Shown here one piece after another: positions 49,474 through 54,187 of a DNA stretch of 54,187 bases. The notes beneath the pieces are model-generated. The model did not search any database and was not told the DNA's origin. It worked only from the letters and a program-made list of their open reading frames with translations. Source of the stretch: Chiloscyllium plagiosum (taxonomy: Eukaryota); NCBI RefSeq assembly GCF_004010195.1, contig NC_057716.1, positions 10,970,064 through 11,024,250 of the forward strand, given 5' to 3'. Made by a program: the position numbers and the translations under genes. The stretch's first letter is position 1, and each line of letters opens with the position of its first letter.

Positions 49474-50934
49474 GCAAGTGACAAAGTTGGTCCAATTGTT
49501 TTTTGCTAATGGGAATTGTTTATTTTTGCAAGAGTTTCCATCCTTTTAACAATGGTCCAATACTATATTGGTGCTAATTTGATATAAACACTCATGCAAT
49601 CCCAACTGAAGGTATCCAGTTCAGGACAACGCACATGAGGAAGATGTGAAGACTTTGAAGGGCAGAGAAGGGATTCACTCAGGTGGTCCCAGGGTTGAGG
49701 GATTACAATTATATGGATAAACTGGAGAAGCTCAGGAATTCCTCTTTGGAGCAGGAAACAGTGAATGAGATTTCATGGAACTCTTTAAAGTCAAGAAGGG
49801 CATACAAAGTAAATAAAAGAGAAACTATTTCCAATGCCTGGAAGGTCAACACTGGGTGGATTTGGGGATTAAAATGCTACTGGACTGAGAAAGGTAAGGA
49901 ATGGATGTAAATCCATCTGGAGTGAAGAATCACTTTGGACTGGCTCTGGGAGAATACAATGTCCATGTAGGAGACACTGGGAAGTATAATCGTGGGAAAG
50001 GACATGCAGTTGTGGTTAAAAGCTAATGGGGGGGAAGGTTCCCTTCTGTATTAAATGTATAAGACGCTGACAACGTGATCTTTATTGAGTATTGCTTGTC
50101 ATAATGAAGATCTTAATATGAAAGTGGTGTCATCCTTTCAGCTGATTGCTGAATGTTTTTTTAAGAAAATGTGATTGGCGTCTGTGAAGCTATTGAACTC
50201 CAAACCTATCTTTCATGATCAGAGATTTTCCTGGAGTTTTGGCTACGGCTCAAGGGAAGTGAGTTTGCCAGCCTCACTCTCAATCCTTAAAAATTTAATA
50301 TTTTCAATTTGAACATAAGGTTCCATTCAGATTCTTATGTGGCGGACCATAGAGACTGGCTGTCTTTAGCTTCATTCTCTCTCTGTCTGTCTCCCTTAGA
50401 TACTGGCAGACTGACTTGTCTCTGAGTACGAGGAATATGTTTCAGAAAGCTAGTATCCTGATCTTTCACAATCATTTGCTCCGGATGTTTTCCTTCTCAA
50501 TTCCCATTGCAGTCCAACCCTATTGAACGTAAATCCAAGTAGAAATGCTAACTAACTATCATTATTTCGTCAAACTCTCTTTTAGCAAAAAAACTAAACA
50601 GACATTTCAATCATAACATTTAGAAAATTATAACATTAACAAATCATTTACAGTTGCCTGAGATTTTGGACAATGGCTGTCCATATACCATTAGCAGAGA
50701 TATGTTTCTGCCATTGACTCCAAGTGTGAACAACGTACCTTTCTAACTTCACCCCAATAAGAGTCTGAATCAAGGCACCCAGGTTTACTCCTGGAATTTA
50801 AAACATGACCTCCCTCCAGTCTTCACTGTACTGCGGACTAATACACCAACCCCAAAACAACCCAATCTTTTATTTTGTTTTACCTTTTTACCAGTATCTC
50901 AGGTTTAGAAAACCTGATGGATACAGATTCCATT

Positions 50935-51186
50935 TTCTGGATTAGTGGTGCTGGAAGAGCACAGCTGTTCAGGCAGCATCCAAGGAGCAGAGAGATAAGC
51001 TAGAGGAGGGTGGGGGTGGGGAGAAAGTATCATAGAGTACAATAGGTGAGTGGGGGAGGGGATGAAGGTGATAGGTCAGGGAGGAGGGTGGAGTGGATAG
51101 GTGGATGCCGCCTGAACTGCTGTGCTCTTCCAGCACCACTAATTCAGAATCTGGTTTCCAGCATCTGCAGTCATTGTTTTTACCCC
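50935..51186. mobile_element. Penelope-like inverted-repeat element with 14-bp TSD in g6 intron 2
   Basis: TSD atacagattccatt at 50921-50934 and 51187-51200; empty site near 42565. Confidence 0.82.
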
Positions 51187-51369
51187 ATACAGATTCCATT
51201 GTTGACTTGAAAGAGAAATTGGTTAACTATTTGAAAGTGTAAACATTGTGGGGTGTAAAAATAGCCTGGAGGACTGGGTCTTACTGGATTGCATTTCGAA
51301 AGAGCTCAAATGCAGTGGGATGAATGGCTTCTTAATCTGCCGTAGTGATTCACTCTCTCTATATTCCAG

Positions 51370-51645
51370 TACTGAGGAGGTTCCTACAGAATGAGGGTTT
51401 ACGCGAGGCCTGACTTTGGAGGACAGATGATGGAATTCATGGATGACTGTCCATCTGTCTACGATCGGTTCCATTACCGTGACATCCACTCCTGCCATGT
51501 GATGGACGGTTACTGGATCTTCTGTGAACATCCCAACTACAGAGGGCGACAGTACTTCATGAGACCCGGTGAATACAGGAGATACAGTGACTGGGGAGGC
51601 TACAGCTCAACTGTAGGATCTTTCAGGCGAATGAGGGATTTCTAG
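51370..51645 (+). pseudogene. cryg: g6 exon 3 with stop at codon 2
   Basis: ttccag|TAC TGA GGA GGT. Confidence 0.88.
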
Positions 51646-51694
51646 AGTGTGGCTGTTCAGCATTACTTTACGTTGAAATAATTTTCAGAATGCA

Positions 51695-51700
51695 AATAAA
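51695..51700 (+). terminator. g6 polyadenylation signal
   Basis: AATAAA 50 nt after the ancestral stop. Confidence 0.6.
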
Positions 51701-52904
51701 ACTTCCATCATTGAACTACTAACTTGCTACATTTGAAAATTTTATGAAAATCATGTACAGCCTTTTCTAATAATTTAAGTGCAGTGACACAACTTAGTAA
51801 AGCAAGTTAATAATAATTTATCATATTGAAACAATTCCTAAAAGTAATAGAAAGGAAAATACACAATGAATTTAGCTTGTTTTACTTGTAGACATTGTAA
51901 TGATAGCTGTGCTTGCTAATACCAAACAACGCGCACTTTATTAAAGATATCTCTTAAAGACATAGTCACAAATATTTACTAATTAATGATAACATTTTAA
52001 TGAAAGAGTAAACTGGAGGACAGAATAAAATGTAAAACAAAGGAAAGCTCATCCTAAATTTCAAAATTGGAGAATTCTAAAAAAAGCAGCATGTTATAAT
52101 ATTATTTTATAGTGGTTTCAAAAATTAAATGTAAAGCAAAGTAAACTGGTTATTTTAATGTTAAATAACTGCCTTATTATAGTGCATAGATGTGCAGTCT
52201 TTGGTGTCCGCAAACAGATTTGTTATATTCCCAATCAAATACGTGCAACAGAAATTGAACTGGATCAGCCATGTCAATGCCATGGCTACATGTCATGCCC
52301 ATGACAGAGGGGCCCATTAGAGTCCATTAAAGGGGCCTAAGGCTCTAGTTGACTTAGTCTGTTCAGGTCAGAAGCAGGGTCGCTCTGTTCTGGTGAGAGG
52401 CCGAAGGTCTGGGCCAGGATCAACACCAGTGCCTATGATTTCTGAACTTGCCCCTGGCTGCAAGACCAGTTCAGAGGCTCAGAATTCTGAACAAAGAAAT
52501 GACCTGCCGCCTGCTCAAAATGCTTTATAACAACCTGTTTCCTTGAGGGTAGATCCTGGCCCATTAGTGGCTCACAACAACTTGGGATATATTTCTATTT
52601 AGCGAGGTGCCCCTTTATTACACCACCAAACAATGGCACATACTCACAATGACTTTGCTTGCTTACAAGTCCCACAAATCAAGATCTCCCTCAGGTGGTC
52701 AATCCAACAACAGTTCCCTTGATGTGATTTCAGAGCAAATTACCCATCTGCTGAACCCAGCTGCAACCATGAGCCCTTTACCCCAAAGATTACCCCTTCC
52801 CTTGCTATGACTGTTCCACATATGGTATAAAGTGAATAATACAAGTGTAAATAATGCAATGGTTTAAAGAGTCTTGGTTTGTTTATTGGCTTACATCTAA
52901 AGGC

Positions 52905-53075
52905 ACTTGTCAATGTGATGGAATACTTCCCACTTGTCTGGACAAGTGAAACTGTAACAGCATATCAGGGGTTTAACACCATCCAGGACAATCCAGCTGA
53001 CTTGTTTAGTACATTCACCATTCATTTCCTCCACTAACAAGGCACAGTGGCAAGAGTATAAGCCATCTCCAAGAT
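52905..53075 (+). mobile_element. Old non-LTR retrotransposon 3' coding remnant
   Basis: VMEYFPLVW...TIQD...IHFLH resembles a LINE ORF2 C-terminus; clade not determined. Confidence 0.5.
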
Positions 53076-53077
53076 GA

Positions 53078-53259
53078 AAGTCACCCTAGTCCCATAGGCT
53101 GCTATTCATTAGAGAGAAATGACTAGTGATGGATTTATCCTGAGGGTCACCACCCTTCAATCAAAAGGCAAGGCCTCCCTGGTGAGCCAAGCCAGTACAG
53201 GAATTGAACCTACACTGTTGTAGTTACTCTGCATTGCAAACCAGCCATACAGCCAACTC
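53078..53259 (-). mobile_element. tRNA-derived SINE of a second family
   Basis: AGTTGGCTG...GGTTCAATTCC A/B-box head on the minus strand. Confidence 0.6.
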
Positions 53260-53261
53260 TG

Positions 53262-54187
53262 CGAATCCTCTTGCAAGGATGCCTGCCTTGAAGAAGTTTT
53301 CCTTCTCTCTCTACAAGAATCTCAGGGAGTCCCTCTCTCACTGCAACTCCCAGGTCATTTCATCTGCCCTGAAGCTCTTCAACCATGTCCTGAAACAAAC
53401 TCGCTACCACAGCCACATTTGCTTCCTCAGTGCCTGCCTCCATAACCAACTCATCCCACACGGACTCCGAACCACCTTTAAACCAGCAGAGTTCGTACCC
53501 GAACAGGACAAACAGTACAGACTACAGATTCAAAAACACCAGCAACAGTTCTCCTTCAAGATCCTCCGCTCCACGCTCGCAGGAATGCGCCGGCACCTAA
53601 CCTCTCTACAGTCAGCCCTGCCTCAGCTGAGGGCCACACTCTCTCAGAATTGCAAAGGACCCACTCTGTACTACATCCTCAGGGGAATTCATACTCTCAA
53701 CAAACAGTATTTCAATTCCATCTCAAACATCAAAAACTGTAAGTACAACAAACTTTTATCTACCCACCTCCACAACCAGCGCTCCTCAAACATTCCAGAA
53801 GATTCCCCTGGCCTCGGAATCTACTCAGACGCCATTAGCCATGCGGCTGATGCAGCTGCCACCCCCAAGCTGATTGATGATGTCACTTCCGCCCCATCAT
53901 GGCCACTCCCACAACCACTTCCACCCCTCACAATTCCTCATGCATCACACGTGACATCACTTCCGCCCTTCACACCATCGCTGATGCCACATGCTCAGTG
54001 ACTTCCGCCATCCCTACTGCCGTGGTCACCACCACTTCCACCCCCACCAGCGCCACTCACCTGCATTCTGCTGACATGCCCCCCACAGACCCCACTGTCA
54101 CGATCCCCACCCCCCCGAACACCAAGGGGAACACTACCCCTGCTCATGACTCCACCCCCATTCCCCCCACCATCACACCCACTCCAG
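53262..54187 (+). mobile_element. 5' part of a Penelope-like retroelement ORF, running off the window
   Basis: ORF 53204..54001 with SHICFLSACLHNQLIPHGL (HxxFLxxCxxxxxxPxGL, typical of the PLE N-terminus), then a Pro/Thr-rich tract. RT and GIY-YIG domains are not visible. Confidence 0.65.

Larger units (their letters stand above)
49080..51645 (+). pseudogene. cryg: Gamma-crystallin g6 pseudogene; exons 49080-49089 (10 nt), 49231-49473, 51370-51645
   Basis: Extra nt in exon 1 (ATGGGAAAGG|gt); nonsense CGA>TGA at 51373-51375; R>Q, E>A, R>H and Y>C substitutions; GC donor in intron 2. Confidence 0.88.

Noticed and set aside
51373-51375. TGA in g6 as selenocysteine or programmed readthrough
   Set aside because: It aligns to Arg CGA (a CpG transition), the short 3' UTR shows no evident SECIS, and other lesions are present.
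535-51645. Assignment as true CRYGS orthologues or beta-crystallins
   Set aside because: The MGK start lacks an N-terminal arm and each exon carries two motifs, as in the gammaA-F/gammaM layout. Databases may label such shark proteins gamma-crystallin S-1-like, but orthology needs a tree.

Overview
Vertebrate genomic DNA, most likely a cartilaginous fish (shark; inferred from HE1-type SINEs, CR1 LINEs and the crystallin sequence). The window holds a six-member gamma-crystallin gene cluster. Three genes lie on the minus strand (g1 535-3131, g2 8517-10557, g3 16843-19866) and three on the plus strand (g4 29743-32413, g5 40521-43025, g6 49080-51645), diverging from a ~10 kb centre. Each has the 3-exon gamma layout (9 + 243 + 276 nt, 175 aa), a TATA box, an AT-rich TGCTGA half-MARE and a polyA signal. 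g1, g3 and g4 are intact. g2 (1-nt deletion, Trp>Leu) and g6 (extra nt in exon 1, CGA>TGA) look dead. g5 has a 1-nt deletion at the start of exon 3 that gives either a single-domain protein or, via a +4 cryptic GT donor next to its GC donor, a full-length 176-aa protein. The cluster shows exon-restricted homogenisation, a ~1.4 kb conversion tract, a chimeric gene, two independent GT>GC donor switches and a 1.75 kb tandem duplication. The rest is repeats: CR1 and RTE LINE fragments, SINEs, Penelope-like hairpins with hammerhead-like cores, a Penelope-like ORF, a probable solo LTR, a Tc2-like element and a CpG-rich foldback-like MITE. Most other ORFs in the track are spurious. All alignments were made by eye and repeat boundaries are approximate.
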